From Fibrobacterales bacterium (GTDB lineage Bacteria; Fibrobacterota; Fibrobacteria; Fibrobacterales; JAOPTW01): a stretch of 14,454 nt of DNA. The stretch covers positions 135,097-149,550 of the forward strand of contig JAOPTX010000044.1 of NCBI GenBank assembly GCA_051532055.1, in the 5' to 3' direction. Positions 1 to 8,857 of this stretch are shown here, piece by piece. Under the pieces are notes generated by a model. The model saw only the letters and a program-made list of their open reading frames with translations. It did no database searches and was not told the origin of the DNA. Numbering within the stretch: the stretch's first letter is position 1; every line of letters begins with the position of its first letter. The position numbers and the translations under genes were made by a program.

Positions 1-65
1 TAATCCGGACCCTTTTTATTTTGGCCAAAATATGTATTCAAAGAGATAGAAAGGTTAGATAAGGC

Positions 66-380
66 TTATAAAGGGTCGTCACTAAAGCGGCGGTCCTGAA
101 AGAGGGTGTTGAGGTCCCAGTATTGACTAAAGAAAGAGCCGGGTACACAGCTGGTAGCATTGTCGATATCGGTAATAATTGAATTAAGATATTTAACAGC
201 CTTATGAGCATCGCGCTTTTCTTTAGTTTCGGTAATAGCGGTTTTATACGCCTCAGAGTGACGTTTGAGGCGTTTTACTATACTGAGTGTCCTTGAATCC
301 AGGTTATTCGCTGGCTTATCAAGTAAATCGATCATAGCCTCTAACACCGAAAGAAGTTCTTGTGCTCTATCTTTCAACAA
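66..380 (-). CDS. Hypothetical protein, 104 aa, probably alpha-helical
   Basis: Open frame with TTG start that fills otherwise empty space downstream of the glycoside hydrolase on the same strand. Composition is protein-like with amphipathic helical patterning. No recognisable motif; start uncertain. Confidence 0.6.
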   Translation of the reverse strand: MLKDRAQELLSVLEAMIDLLDKPANNLDSRTLSIVKRLKRHSEAYKTAITETKEKRDAHKAVKYLNSIITDIDNATSCVPGSFFSQYWDLNTLFQDRRFSDDPL

Positions 381-527
381 AACAATACTGCTCTTTTTTA
401 CCTACTTATCCTAAAATGTACATCAAAAATGGCGACTCTGCCATATATTTGTGTGTTGTGTGTACTGTGTAAGTATTTAAATATGAATGTGTTAGGCCGA
501 ATATAGGGTATAACTTGTATGGAGCTT

Positions 528-1829
528 CTAGTAAGAGTACTCGTCGTAGGCTTCTCCAAGAGCATCATATACAGATTTCTTGGATCGATCAATGGTCATG
601 ATTCCCCAATACTCTTCATCAAAAGTAGCGTCGGGATAAGGCCCTCCACCAGGGGCAATGCCTTTGACGTCTTGTGTATCCCAGCTTGTGCCTTCAGCTT
701 TCCACCACTCATCATTCCATTCAAAAACGGTACCGCCAATAGTTGTAGCAGTCCCTTTTCCCGTTGCCGCCAGGTTATCCCGTATTTCGAGAACTAGTTT
801 TTTTACTGCATATGCTTGGGAATCATAATCTTCAGCGTTGATGTTGTGATTGTAACTGTCAGCTCCATATTCAGAAATAAAGAATGGCTTTTGAGAAAAC
901 TCTTTGTGGTATTCAAACAATTTACCAAATGAGTCTCCGGTATAGACTTGGCCTGCAAGAATATCAAATTCCATGGGCTCTATATGGTTAAAATAATCTG
1001 AATCTGTAGGGTGCCCCCAGCCAAGGATAGTGGGGTGATTAGGATCAGTTTCATGAGCGATAGCCAAGAGATTTTGAACATAACCTTTTGATTCGTTGAG
1101 GTTATTAAAATAATAGAGGTTGTTGTAGTTAAACTCATTCCCTACCTGCCATGCAAGAATACCCGGATGGTCTTTGAAGTGGTTGATGGTGTTTTTCCAG
1201 TCGTCAGGAGATATACCGCCCCATGATGCCACCATAATTATCCGAATTCCATGGTCAAAAAGCTTATCAAGAATCTCGGTTCCCTCATTGTTCGCAGGAA
1301 GGAGGCCATAGGTTCGTACGGCATTGATGTGAATCTTTTCCATCAGTTCAGCATCTTCAGCAACACGGCCACTATAGTTAGTATTCTGATTATTGGTACC
1401 TTTATCAACGGGGGACCAGCATACACCCTTAATAACATAAGGCCTTCGGTTAACCCAATTCTCTTCAATCATGTCTTCTATAAAAATTCCGTAGCCGTCA
1501 ACAGTGACTTTACTTCCTTCAATGGTACCTTCTATAGGTACAGGTTGTGTAATAGATGATGAACTGGAAGATGATGATATATCATCTGATGATTCAGGTT
1601 CATGGGAGGGTGCGGTGTTTGATGAAATGAGCGATTGTTTATCCGATGAGCTAATCGGGGCTTCTGATGAGTTTACTTCTGTTTCTTCTGATGAGATTAC
1701 CTCTATGAAACTAGACATTATACGAGTATTGTCTGAACTTTCGGATGGGTTAAGTTCTCCAGATTCTGGATTATTAGAAACGCAGTTCATGGCAAGCAGT
1801 AACACAGATATTAGATAGATATAACGCAT
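528..1829 (-). CDS. Secreted, probably lipid-anchored clan GH-A (beta/alpha)8 glycoside hydrolase (GH2 TIM-barrel-like) with Ser-rich N-terminal linker
   Basis: Signal peptide MRYIYLISVLLLAMN-C; Ser/Glu/Pro-rich linker at about aa 17-95 including ISSSSSSSSIT; motifs IKGVCW, INAVRTY, WQVGNEFN (acid/base E232), FISEYGAD (nucleophile E320), VFEWNDEWWK and EEYWGIM. Exact GH family not resolved. Confidence 0.8.
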   Translation of the reverse strand: MRYIYLISVLLLAMNCVSNNPESGELNPSESSDNTRIMSSFIEVISSEETEVNSSEAPISSSDKQSLISSNTAPSHEPESSDDISSSSSSSSITQPVPIEGTIEGSKVTVDGYGIFIEDMIEENWVNRRPYVIKGVCWSPVDKGTNNQNTNYSGRVAEDAELMEKIHINAVRTYGLLPANNEGTEILDKLFDHGIRIIMVASWGGISPDDWKNTINHFKDHPGILAWQVGNEFNYNNLYYFNNLNESKGYVQNLLAIAHETDPNHPTILGWGHPTDSDYFNHIEPMEFDILAGQVYTGDSFGKLFEYHKEFSQKPFFISEYGADSYNHNINAEDYDSQAYAVKKLVLEIRDNLAATGKGTATTIGGTVFEWNDEWWKAEGTSWDTQDVKGIAPGGGPYPDATFDEEYWGIMTIDRSKKSVYDALGEAYDEYSY

Positions 1830-2124
1830 AAGCCCCTATGATGTCGGTGTGTAGTGTGGTACCATTAAAGTATATTCATTTGATAAATTCAATACTGTTT
1901 TTTTTGGGTTTACGCCTATAGGGCTCAAAATGGTCGATAGTGCCCTAAAACCCTTCATTTCTCTGTCAATATCTTAGAGATATCAAAAAATATACACAAC
2001 TCATAATGATGCCAAAATTGGATAGATTTTACCTATTTTTGGGCGTTTTGTACCAATATGTCCTCTTTTTTAATACATTTGATCACAAAATTTGATAACT
2101 CAGAAACAATAAAAAGGAAAGTAT

Positions 2125-3606
2125 ATGAATTACTTTAATACCCTGCCTTTACGTATCCAGCTCGAAGAGCTTGGCAAATGTCGTTTTATGGACCCTTCAG
2201 AGTTCAACGGTGTAGAGTACCTTAAAGGTAAGAAAATTGTAATTATCGGTTGTGGAGCACAGGGCTTGGCACAAGGCCAAAACATGAGAGATAGCGGATT
2301 AGATATTTCTTACGCACTCAGAGATGAAACAATCACTAATAAAGACCTTCCTTTGAATAATGCAAAAGAGAATGGTTTTGAGTTTGGCACTTATGAAGAA
2401 ATGGTTCCTAAAGCGGATCTTGTTCTTAACCTTACTCCTGACAAATATCACACTCCAGTAGTAAATAAAGTAGTACCTCTTATGAAAAAAGGTGCCTGTC
2501 TTTCTTACTCACATGGTTTTAATATTGTTGAAGAAGGGATGCAAGTTCGTGAAGACATTACTGTGGTAATGGTTGCTCCTAAATCTCCTGCATCAGAAGT
2601 ACGCGCAGAATTCCAGCGTGGATTTGGTGTTCCGACTCTTATCGCGGTTCACCGTGAAAATGATCCTAATGGCGATGGTCTTGATATTGCAAAAGCATAC
2701 TGTTGCGGTACTGGTGGCGATAAAGCCGGCGTACTTATGTCTTCTTTCGTTGCTGAAGTTAAATCTGACCTTATGGGTGAGCAAACTATTCTTTGTGGTG
2801 TTCTCCAAACAGGCTCAATTCTTTTCTATGATAAACTTATTGCTATGGGTGTTGACTCAAAATGGGCGTCTAAGTTTATCCAATACTCATGGGAAGTAGT
2901 TGGTGAAGGTCTTAAACATGGTGGTATTACCAACATGATGGATAGACTCTCTAATCCTGCAAAAATTGAGTGTTTTAACATTGCTCAAGAGCTTAAACAA
3001 ATCATGACTCCTCTGTTCAACAAACACATGGATGATGTTATTGATGGCACTTTCTCAGAAACAATGATGAAAGACTGGGCTGAAGGTGATAAAAATCTTC
3101 TTGCATGGAGAGAAGCAACAAACGAAACTGCATTTGAAAAATCGGTATGTGGTGATATGGAAATCACAGAGCAAGAGTATTATGATAAAGGTCTTGTTGT
3201 TGTTGCTATCCTTAAAGCTGGTGTTGAGCTTGCATTTGACACAATGGTTGCTGCGGGTATTAAACCTGAATCTGCGTATTATGAGTCACTTCACGAAACA
3301 CCACTTATCGCAAACACTATTGCACGTATGAAGCTTTATGAGATGAACAAAGTGATTTCTGATACTGCTGAGTATGGATGTTACCTCTTTTCACATGCTG
3401 CAGTACCTCTTCTTAAAGATTGGGTTGATGCAATTAAACCTGAGTGGTTGGGTGCTGATTTCAACGAAGGTAAAACAAACCAAGTTGATAACCAAGAGCT
3501 TATCATGGTGAATGAAGAAATCAGATATACTGAAGTTGAAGTTGTTGGTGAAGAGCTCCGTGCTTCAATGACTGCAATGCAAAAAATTGATAATACTGAC
3601 GCATAG
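2125..3606 (+). CDS. ilvC: Ketol-acid reductoisomerase, class II (long form, 493 aa)
   Basis: N-terminus MNYFNTL..LGKCRFM, Rossmann [43 protein letters not shown] and ISDTAEYG, all colinear with E. coli-type IlvC. AAGGA RBS just upstream. Confidence 0.98.
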   Translation: MNYFNTLPLRIQLEELGKCRFMDPSEFNGVEYLKGKKIVIIGCGAQGLAQGQNMRDSGLDISYALRDETITNKDLPLNNAKENGFEFGTYEEMVPKADLVLNLTPDKYHTPVVNKVVPLMKKGACLSYSHGFNIVEEGMQVREDITVVMVAPKSPASEVRAEFQRGFGVPTLIAVHRENDPNGDGLDIAKAYCCGTGGDKAGVLMSSFVAEVKSDLMGEQTILCGVLQTGSILFYDKLIAMGVDSKWASKFIQYSWEVVGEGLKHGGITNMMDRLSNPAKIECFNIAQELKQIMTPLFNKHMDDVIDGTFSETMMKDWAEGDKNLLAWREATNETAFEKSVCGDMEITEQEYYDKGLVVVAILKAGVELAFDTMVAAGIKPESAYYESLHETPLIANTIARMKLYEMNKVISDTAEYGCYLFSHAAVPLLKDWVDAIKPEWLGADFNEGKTNQVDNQELIMVNEEIRYTEVEVVGEELRASMTAMQKIDNTDA

Positions 3607-3625
3607 GCGCAGTATTTGAACTATT

Positions 3626-3655
3626 AGAGGCGGCCCTTCGGGGGCCGCTTTTTTT
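3626..3655 (+). terminator. Rho-independent terminator after ilvC
   Basis: GCGGCCC (3630-3636) pairs with GGGCCGC (3642-3648) around a TTCGG loop, followed by T7 (3649-3655). Confidence 0.92.
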
Positions 3656-3706
3656 GTACATTTATCTATAAATATTAGTGCATAATTCATCAGTAAGGCT
3701 TAGAAA

Positions 3707-4309
3707 ATGGGTTCTCTTTTTATAAAAAATGATTCACTACAACATTCAGAAGCACTTCTCAATCTTGATAAGTCAGTATTATTGTTAATCGATATACAAG
3801 AACGACTTGTTCCATCGGTATTTAACGCTGAAGAAGTTCTTGCAAATACCGCACTCTTATTAGAGTCTGCTCGAATTCTTGGAGTACCTGTTTTGGCGAC
3901 GGAACAGTATCCTAAAGGGTTGGGGCATACTCACTCTGAACTTGAACTCGAAGAAACTATTCCGGTTTATGAAAAAACAGTGTTTAGTGCTTTGGGGACA
4001 GAGGGTGCTGAAATTCAAGGACTATTCTCAAAATTAAAAGAATTGGGCAGAGACCAGATTGTAGTTTGTGGCATAGAGACCCATGTGTGTGTGTTGCAGA
4101 CAGTACTTGATTTAATGGTGCATACTAATGGCTGGGTTTATCCGGTAGTTGATGCTTGTGGGTCTCGGAGTGAGCTTAACTGGAACGCTGGAATTGAGCG
4201 TATGTCAAAAAATGGTGCACAGCTTGTTACTGCAGAAATGGTTGTATTTGAGTGGCTTGAAAAAGCGGGTACCACAGAATTCAAACAGATTCAAAAAATG
4301 ATTCTTTAG
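3707..4309 (+). CDS. Isochorismatase-family cysteine hydrolase (YcaC/ISOC-like)
   Basis: LLLIDIQERL (catalytic Asp), TEQYPKGLGHT, EKTVFS (Lys), GIETHVCVLQT (Cys nucleophile), DACGSR and EMVVFEWL. Confidence 0.92.
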   Translation: MGSLFIKNDSLQHSEALLNLDKSVLLLIDIQERLVPSVFNAEEVLANTALLLESARILGVPVLATEQYPKGLGHTHSELELEETIPVYEKTVFSALGTEGAEIQGLFSKLKELGRDQIVVCGIETHVCVLQTVLDLMVHTNGWVYPVVDACGSRSELNWNAGIERMSKNGAQLVTAEMVVFEWLEKAGTTEFKQIQKMIL

Positions 4310-4843
4310 TTGGTTGATACAATGGCTTTTATCAATGCCTCGATTCAGTTTTGTATGAGGCCATTTGTATGGGTGGTGGTTTGGAGTATGGTCTCAGCAT
4401 GTAATGGCGAGCTTAAGCCAGAGTGGAATTCAATATATACGTACATCGATTCAGAATATCCCAGCGTAAAACAAATCTCTGTGGCTGAGGCTTCACAGCT
4501 CAATAGTGATTCAGTTCTGTTTGTAGATGTGCGAGAAAAGGACGAGTATGAACTGAGTCACTTGCCTGGTGCTCTGTGGTACCATTCAAATGTTGATTTT
4601 ACTGACAACTCTTTAATAGGAAAAATAGTGGTACTTTATTGTTCTGTTGGGGTGCGGTCATCAAAGCTTGCTGTGAATCTTCCCAAAGAGGTTACGGCGA
4701 GAGTCTATAATCTTCAAGGGTCTATTTTTAGATGGGTGGCAGAAGGGCATAGTGTAGTACATCAAGGGGAGTTTACTAGAAAAGTACACCCTTATAATGA
4801 AGAGTGGGGCCAATTATTGGACTCTCTATATCATCCTGAGTGA
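4310..4843 (+). CDS. Single-domain rhodanese-like protein, probable lipoprotein; real start may be ATG 4355
   Basis: FVDVREKDEYELSHLPGA, active-site loop YCSVGVRS, and YNLQGSIFRW. From ATG 4355 the N-terminus reads MRPFVWVVVWSMVSA-C, which has a canonical-looking lipobox. Confidence 0.85.
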   Translation: MVDTMAFINASIQFCMRPFVWVVVWSMVSACNGELKPEWNSIYTYIDSEYPSVKQISVAEASQLNSDSVLFVDVREKDEYELSHLPGALWYHSNVDFTDNSLIGKIVVLYCSVGVRSSKLAVNLPKEVTARVYNLQGSIFRWVAEGHSVVHQGEFTRKVHPYNEEWGQLLDSLYHPE

Positions 4844-4955
4844 ATTCCCAAGAGATTTTATTTTTTGGGGTGTTATGACGACTCTTTCATAAGTATACTA
4901 GTATTAAATAACGATAGCTGTAACCGATACTTGTGTATAAGTAGTATGAGAAATT

Positions 4956-6869
4956 GTGCCTGAACAAATTTTAAAAAATGAAATAGAACTTCTTCTTGAA
5001 TCAGCTCCTGATTCATTGCTTGTACTATCTGAATTAGGTGCGATTGTTAATTGTAATAATACTGCGCTCAAGAACCTTAGTTATAGTGAAAAAGCATTAC
5101 TTGCATTAACGATTAATGACCTCGAAGGGGTTGTGAATGGGGAACGAGTACTTGATGTAATTACTCGGTTGGTGCCTGGTGAGCAGTGCGCATTAAAGAC
5201 TACTTTTATACAGGGTACCGGAGAACGATTACCTGTTGAAGTAACGGTAAGTAGACCAGAGCGACTCCTCGGCTGTTATTATATCTGTTGTGTGCGTGAT
5301 ATCTCTTCATATATTTCTGCCCGTGAAGAGTTGATGCGTAATGAACGCCTAGGAATTGATATAGAAAAGCTCAATAAGACTGGGGGGTGGGAATATACCA
5401 TACTTACCAAAGAAATCTATTGGACCAAAGGCATGTATATTATTCACGAGATGCCATTAGATCCATCTTTTGATCTCATTGAAGAGAGCCTACAATGTTA
5501 CCCGATTGATTATCGAAAACAAGTAATAGATTCGTTTAATCAGCTCATAACCGGAGGAGTTGAATTTGATTTTGAGCTTCCCTTTACCACATTTAGAAAA
5601 AATAGACGTTGGGTGCGTACAAAGGCTGAATCAGTCTATCAGGATGGTGTTCTCACTAAGGTTGTAGGGTCTCTTTCAGATATTACCGAGCGTAAAGAAC
5701 TTGCTCTTCGCCTCGAAGAAAGCACCCTCCGTTTTCAACAAATTGCTGATAATATTGATGAAATATTTTGGCTGATTAGAGTAGATGGCACCGTGTTGAT
5801 GGTGAATAGTGCTGCGGAACGTATTCTTGAGCAACCGGGAACTTTAGGAAAGGATTTTTGGAACCTTCCCTTTTGGAACGAAGCGGAATGTGATGAGATG
5901 AGGAAGTATTGTACCTTAATGTTGGTTAATAGGATACGACATTCAACACGAGAGACATGTTGGTCAAAGAGTTCAGGCGCGCTTCGTACTTTTCAGCACA
6001 ATATCTCACTGGTACCTGATGATGCAGAAGGGTTTGCTTATTTTGCTATTACTTCGCAAGATATTAGCGCGCATAAAGAGTATGAAGCTCGGGAAAAGGT
6101 ACAGCAAGAGCAGTTGCGTCAAGCAGATAAAATGGCGAGTCTTGGTATCTTGGTGTCAGGGGTGGCTCATGAAATAAATAACCCCAATAATTTGGTAATG
6201 CTCAATGCTGCCTTTTTGCAAAAGGTGTGGCAGGATGTGATTCCGGTACTTGATGATGTTGTTGTACAGGATCCAGATCTACGATTGAATAACTTACAGT
6301 ATCGGCAAGTGCGAGATAAATTTGCCGAGCTTCTCAAAAGTATTAGTATGGGGAGTGACCGGATAAAAGGAATAGTCCATAGCCTTAAAGAGTTTGTACG
6401 AGTGGATACTGGTAGGCTTGATGGTAAGGTTGTAATAAATACTGTAGTGAAAGAAGCTGTAATGATTGTACAAAATGTAGTGTCAAACTCTACTGATCAT
6501 TTTAATGTGAAGTATGCCTCAACAGAAATAGTGGTTAAGGGTAATGCGCAACAAATAGAACAGGTTGTAATAAATCTTTTAACTAATGCTTGTCAAGCGC
6601 TGACACAACGGACACAAGTGATCGAAGTGATAATAGAATGTGAGGGTAGTGATGCTGTAATCTCGGTGATTGATGAAGGGTCCGGGATGTCACGAGAGAC
6701 TTTGAAGAAAATTAAAGATCCATTTTTTACAACCAATAGAGATCACGGGGGCACAGGATTGGGGCTTTCGGTTTCGCATACCATTGTTGAAGCACATAGT
6801 GGTATGTTACAATATGAATCTATCCTTGGTAAAGGAACACGTGCATACGTTCGGCTACCCCTTGTATAA
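4956..6869 (+). CDS. Cytoplasmic multi-PAS sensor histidine kinase (NtrB-like)
   Basis: About three PAS/PAC repeats ending in VRDIS, LSDITERK and SQDIS. H box GVAHEINNP, N box NLLTNACQA, G1 DEGSGM, F box DPFFTT, G2 GTGLGLS. No evident transmembrane segment; GTG start. Confidence 0.93.
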   Translation: MPEQILKNEIELLLESAPDSLLVLSELGAIVNCNNTALKNLSYSEKALLALTINDLEGVVNGERVLDVITRLVPGEQCALKTTFIQGTGERLPVEVTVSRPERLLGCYYICCVRDISSYISAREELMRNERLGIDIEKLNKTGGWEYTILTKEIYWTKGMYIIHEMPLDPSFDLIEESLQCYPIDYRKQVIDSFNQLITGGVEFDFELPFTTFRKNRRWVRTKAESVYQDGVLTKVVGSLSDITERKELALRLEESTLRFQQIADNIDEIFWLIRVDGTVLMVNSAAERILEQPGTLGKDFWNLPFWNEAECDEMRKYCTLMLVNRIRHSTRETCWSKSSGALRTFQHNISLVPDDAEGFAYFAITSQDISAHKEYEAREKVQQEQLRQADKMASLGILVSGVAHEINNPNNLVMLNAAFLQKVWQDVIPVLDDVVVQDPDLRLNNLQYRQVRDKFAELLKSISMGSDRIKGIVHSLKEFVRVDTGRLDGKVVINTVVKEAVMIVQNVVSNSTDHFNVKYASTEIVVKGNAQQIEQVVINLLTNACQALTQRTQVIEVIIECEGSDAVISVIDEGSGMSRETLKKIKDPFFTTNRDHGGTGLGLSVSHTIVEAHSGMLQYESILGKGTRAYVRLPLV

Positions 6870-6896
6870 AGGGAATGTCGTTACACAGGAGATACA

Positions 6897-8249
6897 ATGA
6901 AAGAATTTAGACAGAAAATATTATTAGTAGATGATGAGGCGGGCTTTCTAGAGACGGCAGTTCTTACTTTACAATCATATGGATTTAGTCAAGTAGATAC
7001 CTTGGTAGATTCACGGGATGTTATTGCATTTTTGAGAACTAATCCCGTTGATATTGTTTCTCTTGATTTGACAATGCCCTATATCTCAGGAGAGGAACTG
7101 TTACAGCAAATATCCGATGAGTTTCCTCATATTTCAGTGATTATTATCTCAGGAATAATGGATGTCGAGACGGTCATAACGTGCATGAGGCTTGGGGCAA
7201 AAGATTATATCATGAAGCCTTTAGACGATAAGCGACTTTCAACAACTATTGCCAATATTGCAGGTGAACATCAGCTTCGTGATGAAAATCGTTTGATTCA
7301 AAATAAAGTGCTTTCAAGTGTTGTTGAAAATGGTTCTGCGTTTAATGAAATTGTTACAGGATCGCCCTTGATGCAAAATTTGTTCTCCTATGCTGAAGCT
7401 ATTGCAGTGTCGCCCTTGCCGGTACTCATCACGGGGGATACAGGGACGGGTAAAGAATTGATGGCTCGGGCTCTCCATAAAGTTCGACACCCTGACGCTC
7501 CCTTTGTTGCGTGTAACGTGGCGGGAATTGATGACTCTGTTTTTTCTGATACGCTGTTTGGTCATGTAAAGGGTGGTTTTACTGGGGCTGATTCAAATCG
7601 TGAAGGTGTTATTGAGCAAGCAAATGGTGGTACACTCTTTTTGGATGAGATTGGTGAGCTCTCACCTGAATCTCAAGTGAAATTATTGAGGTTGCTACAA
7701 GAAGATGAGTATCAACCCATTGGCGCAGATCGATTAAAAAGGAGTAAGGCGTGGGTTGTATTGGCAACAAACCGTGATTTGGAAAGCCTTCCTCAGTTTA
7801 GAAAAGATCTCTATTATAGACTTGCGGCACATCGGTTACATGTCCCCCCTCTGAGTGAACGAGTGGAAGATATTCCGCCTCTTATTCAGCATTTTATTCG
7901 TAAGTATGATAAAACGATACAAGATGAGCAATTGGTTACTCTTTCTCGTGAGGTTGAGCGTGATGTTCTGGACAAGCCCCTCAATGGAAATATTCGTGAG
8001 CTCGAAGGAATTGTTGCTAATCGCGTCATATCGGGGAATGGGGCCTACATTTTTACTCCTGGAGGCGGAGAACAGTCGAATGACTCTGTTGCATTTAACT
8101 TCTCAGCCTTTCCCACAATGAGTGAGATACGCGTAACGGCTGTTCGGGAAGCTATTGATTATTGTAATGGCAATAAAACCTCTGCCGCTCGTTTATTAGG
8201 GGTGTCAAAACAAACGGTTTTTACTGTGGTTAAAGAGTCTATTAACTAG
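6897..8249 (+). CDS. NtrC-family sigma54-dependent response regulator (REC-AAA+-Fis HTH)
   Basis: Receiver LLVDDE / SLDLTMP / MKP; Walker A GDTGTGKE; L1 loop GGFTGA; Walker B LFLDEIG; DLYYRL; sensor II GNIREL; C-terminal HTH GNKTSAARLLGVSKQT. AGGAG RBS. Confidence 0.95.
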   Translation: MKEFRQKILLVDDEAGFLETAVLTLQSYGFSQVDTLVDSRDVIAFLRTNPVDIVSLDLTMPYISGEELLQQISDEFPHISVIIISGIMDVETVITCMRLGAKDYIMKPLDDKRLSTTIANIAGEHQLRDENRLIQNKVLSSVVENGSAFNEIVTGSPLMQNLFSYAEAIAVSPLPVLITGDTGTGKELMARALHKVRHPDAPFVACNVAGIDDSVFSDTLFGHVKGGFTGADSNREGVIEQANGGTLFLDEIGELSPESQVKLLRLLQEDEYQPIGADRLKRSKAWVVLATNRDLESLPQFRKDLYYRLAAHRLHVPPLSERVEDIPPLIQHFIRKYDKTIQDEQLVTLSREVERDVLDKPLNGNIRELEGIVANRVISGNGAYIFTPGGGEQSNDSVAFNFSAFPTMSEIRVTAVREAIDYCNGNKTSAARLLGVSKQTVFTVVKESIN

Positions 8250-8328
8250 ACCGTAGCCAAGAGTACTGTGCTGAATATTTGACTCTTTCCTATCCACTTT
8301 GATTGATGCAAAATAAAACTATTTGATT

Positions 8329-8351
8329 AAAGCCCCATTTGGGGCTTTTTT
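8329..8351 (+). terminator. Probable intrinsic terminator after the two-component pair
   Basis: AAAGCCCC-ATTT-GGGGCTTT hairpin running into a T-tract. Confidence 0.75.
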
Positions 8352-8355
8352 ATTT

Positions 8356-8372
8356 GAGGCACGTCATTTGCT
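8356..8372 (+). promoter_or_regulatory. Sigma54 (-24/-12) promoter
   Basis: GAGGCACGTCATTTGCT: GG (8358-8359), exactly 10 nt, then GC (8370-8371). It matches TGGCACG-N4-TTGC except for the first T, and lies about 32 nt upstream of ATG 8404, next to a sigma54 activator gene. Confidence 0.8.
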
Positions 8373-8403
8373 TACTCAATAGTGAAGTTGAATAAGGAAT
8401 TTT

Positions 8404-8787
8404 ATGAGTAGCTTTATTATAGTAGATGACGAACCTAATATCCGAATGACATTAGAGCTGGTCTTACAGTCTGCAGGACATGCTGTGTTTTCTTTGGATA
8501 ATGCTCATAATGCCATGATATTGGCTGAAGAAGCTCTTCTCGAGTCCTTTTCTATAGACTTCTTAATTACTGATATCCACATGCCTGGTAAACGAGGGGA
8601 TGTTCTCGCAAGAGAGATTAAAGCTTTCTTCCCTGACATCAGGGTTATTGCAATAACGGGGTCTGTTAATGAAGAAATTAAATCTCAATTGAGTGCTTCG
8701 GGGTGTAAAAATATCATTGAAAAGCCTTTTACAGATGATCAGGTATTGTCATTGATCGATTCTGTGAGCCAAGAGCAGTTGGTATAA
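8404..8787 (+). CDS. Stand-alone receiver-domain (CheY-like) response regulator
   Basis: IIVDDE, LITDIHMPG (phospho-Asp), IAITG and EKPF; no output domain. AAGGA RBS. Confidence 0.92.
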   Translation: MSSFIIVDDEPNIRMTLELVLQSAGHAVFSLDNAHNAMILAEEALLESFSIDFLITDIHMPGKRGDVLAREIKAFFPDIRVIAITGSVNEEIKSQLSASGCKNIIEKPFTDDQVLSLIDSVSQEQLV

Positions 8788-8857
8788 TGGGGGGGAGCAG
8801 TGCATATAAGGGTGTAGCAGCCTGTGGGTGTACCATAAATAAACTAAAAAGAGCGAT

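Noticed and set aside
398..592. 64-aa minus-strand ORF overlapping the end of the glycoside hydrolase
   Set aside because: It overlaps the real gene in another frame, has no motif, and runs through AT-rich spacer-like sequence.
519..1818. Plus-strand ORFs 519-797, 1251-1559 and 1504-1818
   Set aside because: They are antisense shadows of the glycoside hydrolase. The acidic DDELEDDD text is just the reverse reading of the poly-Ser codons.
2573..3331. Alternative-frame and antisense ORFs inside ilvC
   Set aside because: They are fully nested in a highly conserved gene, and their Leu-rich text is a by-product of T-ending codon bias.
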